Source of the DNA: Leucoraja ocellata | Lineage: Eukaryota | Reading direction: 5' to 3' | NCBI GenBank assembly: GCA_036785375.1 | Contig: JAWMAR010000351.1 | Location: 930,001-994,000, forward strand | DNA: 64,000 nt | Shown: piece after piece, positions 39,240-50,760 of the stretch | How the letters are laid out: each line of letters begins with the position of its first letter | Numbering within the stretch: position 1 is the stretch's first letter | The notes under the pieces: generated by a model | Database searches by the model: none | Told to the model about the DNA's origin: nothing | Seen by the model: the letters and a program-made list of their open reading frames with translations, nothing else | Made by a program: the position numbers and the translations under genes

Positions 39240-39865
39240 GTTTCATTGAGATCCCCCTTTGTCCTTCTAAACCCCAGCGAGTAGACCCAGAGCCATCAAA
39301 CGCTCATCACTGGGATCATTCTCGTAAACCTCCTCTGAACTCTTTCCAATGCCAGCACATCTTCCTCAGATATGGGGCCTAAAACTGCTCAAAATACTCC
39401 AAATGCAGTCTGACCAATGCTTATAAAGTCTCAGCATTACATTCCTGCTTTTATATTCTCATCCTCTCTAAATGAATGCTAACATTGCATTTGCCTTCCT
39501 TACTACTGATTCAACTTCCAAATTAATCTTTGGGGAATCTTGCACCAACACTCCCAAGTCCCTTTGCATCTCCGATTTCTGAATCTTTTCCCCATTTAGA
39601 AAATAGTCTAACCCTAAGCCTTTATTCCCATTACCAAAATTCATGGGCACACACTCTATTCCATCTGCCATTCTTTGCCCATTCTCCCAAACCCTTCTGC
39701 AGATTCCCTGGTTTCTCTACGCTACCAGCTCTTCCACCTATCTCCGTAATATCCGCAAACTTGGCCACAAAGTCATCAATTCCATCAGCCAAATCATTGA
39801 TATACAACGTGAAAAGTTGAAAAGTGGCAGACCCAACACTGACCCCTGTGGAACACCACTAATCA
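39240..39865 (-). mobile_element. CR1 LINE RT fragment
   Basis: Minus strand gives SGVPQGSV-like, AKFAD-like and YFLNGEKIQKSEMQRDLGVLVQD..VVRKANAMLAFI segments with frameshifts. Confidence 0.88.
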
Positions 39866-40075
39866 CCAGATGCACACAGAGTTCATGCAAAGCAAGTTCT
39901 TTGTACATAAAACTGCATATATCAAAGAATCAAAATTACTTGTTAGCTGAAAATGTCATTCTAAAAAATGTCAAATTGACATAAAGATTTACTGCTACTG
40001 GAATGAACAACAAGATGCAAAACAATACTTTCACAGAGCTAAACCTCTCAAAAAGAGGTCTGAAATTTCAAGCAC

Positions 40076-40238
40076 CTGCAGATTGCTGGGATCCTTATAA
40101 TTTTCATCAGATGCAATTTGAAGTTTCTCTTGAATCCATTTCTCCAATTCATCTGCATCACGGCGGAAACACTGAAAACTGAAAGAATCTTCTAGCTTCT
40201 GCCTTCGCAAAATAGAAAGTTCCTTGAACCGCTGGTAC
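40076..40238 (-). CDS. SPTAN1: SPTAN1 exon 3 (163 nt)
   Basis: YQRFKELSILRRQKLEDSFSFQCFRRDADELEKWIQEKLQIASDENYKDPSNLQ; tag/gtgctt. Confidence 0.95.
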
Positions 40239-41116
40239 CTAGCACACAAAAACAGAGTAACTTGAATTGTGGCCCTTGATTTTTCCCTCACCCAGATACA
40301 CCCAAGTAAAATTTAAAAAATAATTGTGAGAACTGATGATAGCAAACAAATCAGAAAATCACAGCCTATAAAACAGGCACACCAAAGAACAAAAGTGCAA
40401 ATATCTCATTTCTCAAACACTTAGAAGACATCTGACCTGATACCAGATCAAGTATTCTTGAGACTTCTTGGCGGCTGCTTAAAACAAGTGTTCATCCACT
40501 GAAATAAACATGGGGCCGAGCAAATAGGCAAAAATGCAGCTTTAAAAAAATGTAGTCCAGTGACCAGCATTCATCTCAGACCTCCTGGCTTCTACACTTT
40601 GCTACCTATCACAGGCCGGTAAGCAGGTGTATGAAAGCAATCACATCACGATATCCTGTGCTAGCAATATGTCCTTATGCATTGCACCCTTCTCTGGGGA
40701 TATAATTTTACATAGCCTGTATAACTATATCCCTCCTGTGCAAAGGCTAAATGGCTCCAAATTGTCCCATGTACGTTACTGTGATCTCCAAACTGACTCC
40801 ATCTGAACTTAACAAAAGCAGAGAAATGAAAATTCACTTGTAGATATCCAGCAGGTCACTGAATGCAATTCTGATAGGGGAGATAGACTAAAATGGTCAG
40901 ATAGGGCTAATTTGGCCAAGTCGTTCGATACAAGAACCTGCATACCATTTTAGTCTGGACCTTACTCATGCAGATGAGAAATGCCTTTGTTGGACATCAA
41001 GCTGCCACTATTACAACTTCAATTGTTCTATATAAATTCCACAAGGTAATTAACATACATTTTTTCCCTCCAGGTCTACTGCATCTACTGCATACGTCTC
41101 AATTAAAAGCTCATAC

Positions 41117-41190
41117 CTATCTAGCACCTGGTGGCGTCTTTCTTGGATGTCATCTGCTGAATCTAGAATCTTTACTCCAGTGGAATCCAT
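41117..41190 (-). CDS. SPTAN1: SPTAN1 exon 2, first coding exon (exon starts 41193, ATG at 41190)
   Basis: cag|AAAATG; MDSTGVKILDSADDIQERRHQVLDR (human MDPSGVKVLETAEDIQERRQQVLDR); gtatga donor. Confidence 0.95.
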
Positions 41191-42059
41191 TTTCTGTTAC
41201 AGGCATAAAAATACATATTAAAAATTGATTTTAGAAATAAGTGAAGACAACATTAAAAAGCCATCTCAAACATGTAAACTAATAGTTAACTCCATCCCCG
41301 TAATCAAAGCATTCCTCCCCCCCCCCCCCCCCCCCCAATGTCATTGACTTTAAAACATATAGAACCAGAGCAAGCTTCTTCAAGTTACAATAAATTATTC
41401 AACATGGAATGTTTTGTGAGTAGCTTTAAGTCATGACATTGTCAGAATTATTGATGGATTTCAAACTCTTTTATAGTATAAATGTTCTAATACTGTAACC
41501 TAATGTATGAATGATTGATAAAGCATATAGGGAATCCAGCACCAGAACACTCAACATCTCACCTGTCGAAAAGCCAAGAAGAAACTCCAAAATAGAGAAG
41601 CAGTTAGCCCCTGCTGGAAGGAACATTTTACAACATCTCCTCAAACAAAGAGAGCCACTGATGGAAGGATCCACGTATTCATCCCGCAGAACACTACCAC
41701 AATCTCAATACCACCACATCTCAATAGGTCAATACTACTACAGCTCACCAAGAGAATGATAAAGCCATCCATCAGCTGAAAAATATCAAGGCTACTAGAC
41801 AAGTAAAATCTGGTGAATTACCACAACATAATATGCAGCACAGAATCAGACCCTGTTTCTGCCTTTGGATCTCAATCGAGTACACATGATCAATCTCCAA
41901 TATCAGTAACCCCCTTCACAAATGCATAAAAATGGGTCGGCCTCACACAGTACAACAACCACTAGTTCCCAACACAAACAAGAACATTCTCACCAGGTCA
42001 GCAATGTTTTGTAGCACTTTCACAAAAGCGAGTGACACCAGGCTTTGTATTACCACCAT

Positions 42060-42665
42060 TACCAGTGGTCCAGCTAGCACAGTTACAGGGACCCAGATTC
42101 TATTTTGACCACCTGTGCATCTGTGTTAAGTTTGCACATTCTCTCTATGATTGTATGGGTTTCCTCCGCATTCTCTGGTTTGCTTCCACATCCCAAAATT
42201 GTAAAGGGTCGTAGATTAATTGGCTCCTGTAAATTGCCCTTAGCACACAGGCAAGTGATCGGGGCAGCACAGTGGCGCAGCAGTAGAGTTGCTGCCTTAT
42301 AGCGCCAGAGACCCAGGTTTGATCCAGACTATGGGTGCTGCCTGTCTGGAGTTTGTATGTTCTCTCTGTGACCAAGTGGGATTTCTCCGGTGCTCCGGAT
42401 TCCTCACACATTCCAAAGACGGGCAAGTTTGTAGATTCATTGGCTTCTGTAAATTGTCTCTAGTATGTAGAATAGAACTAGTGTATGGGTGATCATTGGT
42501 CGGTGTGAACTCGGTGGGCCAAAGATTCTGTTTCCACGCTGTCTCTCTAAATTGATAGAATCTGCTGGGAATGTGCACAGAATAAAATAGGATTACTGTT
42601 GGAGCGAGTGCAATTAGATGCTTTAAGTCAAGGCTGAAGGGCCTCTTGCCATACTGTGTTTCCAA
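42060..42665 (+). mobile_element. Nested V-SINEs: younger copy (42261-42552) inside an older copy
   Basis: Two V-domains (aagtttgcacattctctc at ~42128; ggagtttgtatgttctctc at ~42348); the older tail resumes after ~42560. Confidence 0.82.
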
Positions 42666-45600
42666 AGCACTCCATTGTCGCCAAAACTAGCAAGCTATTT
42701 ATTCATTACCCAAAGTTATACGGACAGAAATTTCTTCCAATTAAAAGATTGGGCAGGCCAAAGTGGCTGTCTCACATCTTTGGTCCAAAATGAGCTTCAA
42801 AGCCATTACTGCCCATTTCTAAATCCATGTTCATCTCAGATTAATTTGTATATTTAGTCAGCTAAACCTCAAATCCATTTTAACAGTTGCAACATAACTA
42901 CAGGTGACACAATTCTGTGTGTTAGTTCAATCTGTCCCCCTTTCCCATTATTAGAGCGCCTTCTGTGCACTTATTTCAACAAGAGAGGGGTCATTTGCGC
43001 AAGTTATGGAATGCATAGAATTCTACCTCACCAGAGGAGCGGACATGGGGAAGAATGCTCTGAAAAAATAGCAAAATACCATGCTAACATTCACAAGACA
43101 ATAAATGACTAAATGATTTAGAAAAGTAATGACTAAAATCCACTGTAGCAGTCAGAACATTGTTAATTGAGAAAACAAAAGCAGTTGTTCAAACACTGGA
43201 AACAATGTTCACTGGTAATTTAAAATATATTCTTAGTCAGCAATTCAAAAAGTTGAAAATGTAAGGATCTCTCCAACATTCCTATAGCTGATACGTATAG
43301 AGCTGCAAATGTTCATGACAAGTCTCCCCTGCCCTCTCTGCTATCACCCCACAAACTGTACACATTTTGAAGGAGCGTGTAAAATTCAACAGCTACTATC
43401 TAAATCACAGACCCAATGCAGTAAAACTCTGATAATCTTTCTTTGACTGTTTGGAAATTCTGATGAATCGACATCTGAATCACCAGGTCATGTTTCCTGT
43501 GTTCCCTTGAAACTTACCAGGTCTCCACTTCCTATACTCCCTTTAAACTTACTGGGTTCATTGGAAAAAGTAATATACTATGTAACATTTAAAGAAGCTA
43601 ATTAAGAGTCCATTGGCATTACTGTATTATTGGGGATAACATTCAATGTTTCAGAAAATCCCCCAGTCTAGAAAGTCATGGAGTTATACCGTAATTAGGG
43701 AAGAGGGAACATTTGAAAGAAATTAAAAGAATGGCTTTTAATGTTGCACTTCGACTGCATACATAATAACCCACAGTGCAAAAATGAATTTATGGTTTAA
43801 GTTCCAAACACCAAGATTCTCAGGGTCCCAATTGTATACTTGTTGTATACAGAAATACATATATATATATATTTTACAACACATTCTACCACAACAATAT
43901 TAACAGTAGGGAACAATTCTGCACCTTCCACCCTGCAGAATACAGAGATAGATTATGGGTTCAGCAGACGAGCACTTTTTAAATCTCATGACTACCGCAA
44001 AAGAGATAACTCCCTTTGTTGTTCCTAATCTGAATCTATTCATTTAATGCTAGACAGAATCATTAGTCTTTGTGCTTAAAATTCCATTCTAATTTGATTA
44101 AAGATGGTGTCATGTTGTCAAAATAATTCTCACAGTCTGAATTCACAACAGCCTGGTCCAATTTAATCATAGTATCTGGCAAATTCAGAGGCCAATTGTT
44201 ATATAGATCGAGCCTTTGGTAAATTCCCTCTGGAAACAAAATGTGGTCATAGATCATGATTTGTTTGTGATCAAATAGAACATTGCAGATTAATTGCATT
44301 TCTGGAGAGAAATCCAACAATAAATTCCTCACCTATCATCAGAAGGCATTCTTTACCAGAATTAAATAGATAAGAATGCCAGTTATTTGAGAATCATGTT
44401 ATTTTATATTGTTTCATAAATTTAGTTTGCATTTACATTACAATTCATTGTGTTACATTCCTACAAAACAACTGAATATTTTTAGCTGTGTAGTTTATAT
44501 GATGTATTATTAAAACAATTACACCTGGGATAACATCCAGCATTTCTGCTGAACAGCTGATGTCAGTTGTGCTCTGCATTGCTGGCCCTTATTCTTCCCA
44601 GAGCAAAGAAACACTGATAATTTACTTAGTGAATTTCACAGAAATTATTCAGGATCAGGCTCTGTAAATGGTTAACTGTCTGATTTTTCTGAGGATCATA
44701 ATACATATGAAAACAGTACTGAAAGAAAACCTGTTCTAGAGCATATATATTACTTTAATAAAAGCCGACAAGTAGCTAAGCTTGTCTCCAATCCACACAA
44801 TCCTCCACTCCAAATCTCAAGGGGCCATTTGCTGATGTGCAATACTGCACACCAGCTGCTCAGGAATAAGACACTCCCATTGCATCGTGGCCCAGTCTGA
44901 TAACACAAATCAGCAACTTACTAGAATATTCTATCCAGTATGATTAAATTACGTGAAATTGAATGATCAATAGATAAAAGTAGAATAGAATTACAGTTCC
45001 ATACCTCATTTACAGAAGGTGGTCATTAATTTATGGCTGCAGTAACCAAGCACTTGTCATTAGTACAACAGATAGTTGCTGCTGCCAGCTTAATTTGTAT
45101 TTCCAAACATGCTTCATTACTGTTATATTCTTACAAAAAGACAAGCGTACAATTACATTCAATATAATAAAAGCTTCAGCTGTGCACTAGAAATATATAT
45201 ATAAACATACAACCAAGCCAAGATTATATATATTGTGTTTTATTTCCACATTATAAAACCATTTGAGGTAGTCAACAATTTCTATAATGCCAGGGGCAAA
45301 AATACATGCTATTTGAAAAGATAAGTCATGTCTCAGCATCATTGCTCGACAGCATCACTTGCACACTTTGATGGACAGCATTCCCTTACATCGACACAAA
45401 CCAGCAACCAAACGATGGCCAAAATTATCACTCCAAGGTCATGCCATAATTTAAAATGATCAACATTTGCAGCAAGAGTATTCAGAAAGCTATGGGGAAC
45501 AAATGCAGGGACAAAAGGAAGAAGTTGAATATTGTTTAAAAATCACCAAACAGTCTGGCCCAAGTAATTCATGCTTCTTAGTGTATGAACAGTTTATAAA

Positions 45601-46911
45601 AGCATTGAAAAAGAAATGGAGCAAAACATCTACCTGCCTTTCATGTGAATAAGCAAAGAATGGGCTGCAGTCAGTGATAACTAAATTTTGAAGAAATAAT
45701 TTTAAAATCCTGTTTAATATTCAGACTGAGAATAAAAAGTGGGCTTGGCAGACTAAAACTAATCAACTTATTCACAAGCCAAATTAATATCAGAAAGCTC
45801 AAGTGAACAGAAATAAATGAAACTTTCACACATAGAAAGTATTTTGTGCAAGCTTTGTTTTACAAAAAGGCAACTAAGATTAAAAGATTAATCCTACATA
45901 GCATACTCAGGTCTTTCTACAACAGTTTGAGAGAAACATTAATATCTGCCATATAAACTTATAATTAAGTTTAAATTAATTTATAGTAACATAAATATTT
46001 CCACAGAAAAAGGTCTCTTGAGAGAATGATTATATATAAATAATCTAACTATTACTTTAAGTTAATTGAAACGCGTGTTGAATGATAACCTTGTAGGACA
46101 TCTTTAAGAAACATTACCCAAGGTAGGACTATGATACTAAGGTGGGACATTAGTTTCTATACAATTGCCCTTGCAAAAAAAAAAATGTACGTCAGCTGCC
46201 AATATTTCAACTGAGAATTTTTGTTGTAAATAGTAATTAATTGAAGAAAGGCAGTTAGAAGAACAGTTCTAAGAGCAAATAAAAATGCAAATGAGACTCC
46301 AAATCATTAAGGAATTCTGTTATATCAGTCGGAGGTAAAATGCAACTGTCAAATCATGCTGCATGCGTCACCCAATTTATTGCTCTTGTAATCATCTTCA
46401 TGTTACTGAAGTACATACCAATTAACAGTCAGTCAATCACACTATATTCCACAAATACACAATACCTGCAGTTTGGTTTTACGGAATGAAGACATGATGA
46501 GCGGTGCTGTTTGATAAGCAGTATATCTGCTAAATAATTATAAAACAATTCACACAAAATACATTCTGCATAAAGATCGGATATTTCAATATAAAAAGTG
46601 TTATTGTTAAATTCCTTAGTATTTGTTTCTCTAAATTTGAACACTGAACCAAAAAGACAATTGTTTTCAGGCCTCCTCAAACACGAGGTAATTGTGATTT
46701 GTATTTAGGCAACCGCATCAAATTCCCAATTCTATTTCGACTAGAAATGGCGGGTTTGCTCAGTTTTAATTTCTTCCACGAAAACCATCGTTATTTAGAT
46801 TATTAGCAAAGGAACTTTTTTTTTTTTTTTTTAAGTACTTTAATTTAAAACTGTGGTGGCACAATTTTATAACCTTAAATAAAATTAGGATATTCAAATT
46901 AAATTCCAATT

Positions 46912-47011
46912 GAAGAATCAGAAGAAGGGTCTCGACCCGAAACGTCATCCATTCCTTCTCTCCAAAGATGCTGCCTGTCCCACTGAGCTACTCCAGCGTT
47001 CTGTGTCTATC
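46912..47011 (+). mobile_element. Penelope-like short repeat with minimal hammerhead motif (core U4->A)
   Basis: cAgaaga-a-gggtc-tc-gaccc-gaaa-cgtc at 46919-46946; attccaa on both flanks. Confidence 0.8.
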
Positions 47012-48649
47012 GCATTCCAACACCAACTAGTGAAGCAATAACTAACTCCACCCTGACCTTGTTTTGATGCAGTATACAAAACACATTCACTGCAGTTTTC
47101 CACTAGCTTCCAATTGCATAACCTTTGCATACATCTTCAACTTTACGAAATCTTTGAACTGTTATTCTAGTGCACGGACACCCTATTACAAAAATATGGC
47201 AATTAAAAACATTGTGTATCAGACCGGTTCTATTCCTTCCCCCGCCCCCCCCCCCCCCCATAAATGATCTAACTGTAGAATCAATATTTTATTTATGTAG
47301 TTAAATCCGTGTCAAATCCTAATACAGAAAACATTTATTTTGCAACTGCTCAAAGAAAATACCATCTTCTTTAACTATGTAGTATGTTTATATGTATATA
47401 TGTTTATAAATATGATACATAAACATTTGAACAAAATACTAATAATAACATGATGCACAGCTTTAATTACTGTCATCACCTGAACGATATCCTGCCACAC
47501 CACCAATTGGACTTTTCACCATTATGCAATTTTAACCTATTGCCCTGACTAAAGTATCTTCCCCTCCCTGTATACGTTTGAGATAATTAAATTTAGATTA
47601 CACATTGGCAGCACTGCAAAACACATGAGGATTTTTAATAAATTGTGCTCCAGGAAAGAGCTAGGAATCCCTTGCAAACATCTTCCAAATGTAATCTGAA
47701 TGGCCCATCGATCTATTATTCCTACAGAATGGGTCACTGTTGCATAATATATATGACTGATTAATGTAATAATTGTGATAAAATACAGTTTCAAAAAATA
47801 AGCATGGACAATTTGCTTAAATCATCAAAAATCCAGCAGAATGGAATAAATTCTGGCATGTCCATTTTTAAAAAGTATATTAACAATTTGTCTTTGTGGA
47901 GGCCAGATTTCTTGAATTTCATGTTTCCATGAAATTAACGAAAAGAAAACAATTGTTAAAATCATGTTAACCAACTAACCAACCATGGCATTAAACAAAT
48001 GAAACGGTCCTGGAACAGAAATGATAAAATTGACACAACTCCTGCTTCCAGTACCACTCAGACTTCCATAATTTTATGGCCATAAAACTGCTTTCATTTC
48101 AACATCACATTTTGATTTGGATTCACTGTACATGTTCCTGGATATAGTTAATTATTGGGGAAAAAAACATTGCATTCCTCAACTGTTGCTAGAGGAATCG
48201 CCCTGACATCTGTTATTGGGAATCTAAATTAACCAGTTTTCAAACTGTTCTGTTAATTAATATGGGATTGTTTTAAGGTCCATTTTGTCACAATAAAATA
48301 TTTTAAATCTCCCCCGGCCACCCCACACTTGATTTCCAGAAATAGTTTCATGTCATGGATTTTATGAATGCCGAACAATGAATTAGCTATTCTAATACAT
48401 TTTCTCTTCCTTTCGGGCCATTCGCCAAATCCATTTATTTCTATCAAATTATGTATTCCCCATTCATTCAATCCAAGATCATCTGCCAACCTATTTGAGA
48501 GAATACATTTATGTTTTCTTCTTCCTTCTACCACCCATCGCTCTCCTCTGACCTTCCTTCCCTGGAGGAAGAATTGCACATTGCCACAATGAAGACGAGT
48601 CCTCTCCCCAAGACAACCTCTGGACCGATTCCTCTCATCTATGGATATT

Positions 48650-49780
48650 TATATTCTAGATATGTTCTCTGACCTTGCTGCGGTCGAAACCGCAGGAAAC
48701 CCATCCCCGCAGCCATTTTAAAGCTCATTGTGATTGAAAACACCAAAAACCAGGGGGGAGAAAAGCCATGTTTAGCATTATTTTAAACATGCCGTACAAT
48801 TGTATGCAACAGCACATAAGAAAAAAAAACTGAAAATGCGCAGCCGCGGGGAACAGAAATATTTTACATATTTTGTCATTGGATATTTTTGTAAAAATAC
48901 TCCAGATGTCAGATAGACAGATTCAGTTCAATTATCCAGTTCAATAATTACAGTTCAAATGTATATATTAAAATTCCTCGCTCCTTGGACCGGAGACAAC
49001 GCCCGATAACCACGTTGACTGGAAACCCTTCTCCCATATCAGTCAAAACAAAATGCAAAATCAAACAGAAATTTGATGTTTTACCTCAATAGTTTATTCA
49101 ATCAAATGCTTTCTCAACAACCGCACTTAAAATATGAATATATATATGTATATATTAAGCAGGTTGAATAAAAAACGGAGCATTGAAATGGATGATTTAC
49201 TGACTTTAAACCATCATATTTCCAGATAAATGTAAAACATACCAAAAGCCTTCCTTCCTTCCTTCCTTCGCTCGCTCGCCGATCGCTGCAGACTGTCGCG
49301 CTCCGAGCTCGCTCCGGCCTCTTTTACCGACCGCGATGATGATGTCACTGTTCTGCAGCAAGGAAACGAGCAAAACCCGAGCACCTTCGGCCAATTCCGT
49401 CAAGCGGGCGCGGCAGCTACTTCGGCACTTTCCGTCATCGGGGTGAGGCGCCTGCTTCGGCGAGCACTGCTGTCGCCCAAACACTGCACCGCTCCAATCC
49501 TCTCAAGGTCAAGATGCTTTTGAATGTTGGGGTGTTTAGCAGAAGATTCGCTCCGAACAGCCTCGGTAAATTCCGCATATCCTCTCTGCAGTGTTGCATC
49601 GGCAACCACGCACCATTCCGAATTAACATTTACTGAAATCATCTCTTCGAAGTAATTGATTATACGCGAAGGGGTTTTATTTTGTTCAAGCACTGTCGGT
49701 GACATCAGAAAGACCATATGTGCTGCTCATTGGCCCGAGAAAGCGATACTAGAATACGAATACTTCGCATGCCTCGAATT
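48650..49780 (-). promoter_or_regulatory. CpG-rich promoter region of SPTAN1
   Basis: Highest CpG density in the window outside repeats; CRE-like TGACATCA (49340-47, minus), CCAAT (49391-95), TGACGG half sites, GC-rich box. Confidence 0.75.
49243..49335 (-). other. SPTAN1: Predicted non-coding exon 1 of SPTAN1 (5' end uncertain)
   Basis: Donor ttttg|gtatgt at 49243/49242 at the edge of the CpG core; contains (GCGA)n(GGAA)n repeat; exon 2 begins with a splice acceptor, so an upstream exon is required. Confidence 0.7.
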
Positions 49781-50099
49781 CTTCTTTTATAAATATGGCA
49801 TGTATTGCCTATTTAAGAAGTGGGTGGTGAACTGCTCTTAACAACTGGGTACCCTGAGAGCACCCAGTTGTTAAAAGTACATTTACAACGATATTTGGTA
49901 AGCAACAACTGGGACACAGATTAAATGACATAGGGGCGTGTGCAAGCCTATACATTTACAACTATTCTGATGGGAGAATATTTAGGGATGCAAGTTATAG
50001 ATACGGGATACGAGGTATACTTACCCCATATGGGTTTTAGAAGATAACACATATTCACGTAGTCGCCCCAAGCACATGTAATTCCACTGTCTAAGAAGG

Positions 50100-50760
50100 G
50101 AGCAAGCAAGGCAAAAAAAAAGAAAATTATAAGACGGTTTGCCCGACTTCAGTGGTTGGTAAGACTTTAGTGGCCATTATTAAGGATGATGTTTCAGGAT
50201 ACTTTGCCTGGCAAATCTTGGAGTTCTTTGAGGAAATAACAAGCAGTTGAGGAAATAACCTTCTCTCCAGAGATGCTGCCTGTCCCGCTGAGTTACTCCA
50301 GCTTTTTGTGTCTATCTTCTGTTTAAGCCATCTGCAGTTCCTTCCTACAGTGACTAATGGTGTTTTGCAAGGGTCGGTGTTGGGAGAAGTGTACTTCTCA
50401 CACTATATATGAATGATCTGGATGTTGGAATTGCATGGGATGATACAAAGATAAGTGAAGGGCAAGTAATGTTGATGAAGCAGGGAGGCTGCAGAAGGAC
50501 TTTGAGTGGGCACTTTGGTAGAAGAAATAAAGGAGTAGGCCATTTTCTAAATGGAGAAAAGATTCAGAAATTGGAGTAGTAAAGGAACTTGGAAGTGCAG
50601 GATTCCCAAAACTTTAATTTGCATGTTGAGTCGGTGTTAAGGAAGGCAAATGCAATGCTTTTAGTAGTAGAAGAATCTAGGACCAGAGGGCACAGCCTCA
50701 GAATAAAAGCACATTTGATGGATTGAATGGCCCAATTCTGCTCTGTCTTATGATCCAAAG
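50100..50760 (+). mobile_element. Decayed CR1 LINE with nested Penelope-like repeat (~50260-50350)
   Basis: aatggtgttttgcaagggtcggtgttggg (GVxQGSVLG), gatgatacaaag, aaggcaaatgcaatgct, accagagggcacagcctcagaataa. Confidence 0.75.

Noticed and set aside
42261-42335. tRNA gene
   Set aside because: It is the tRNA-derived head of a V-SINE, followed directly by the V-domain; no full cloverleaf
43000-48600. Alternative first exons in SPTAN1 intron 1 (donor-like sites at ~43031, ~43517, ~44332)
   Set aside because: Isolated donor motifs without a supporting promoter or acceptor; cannot be supported without transcript data
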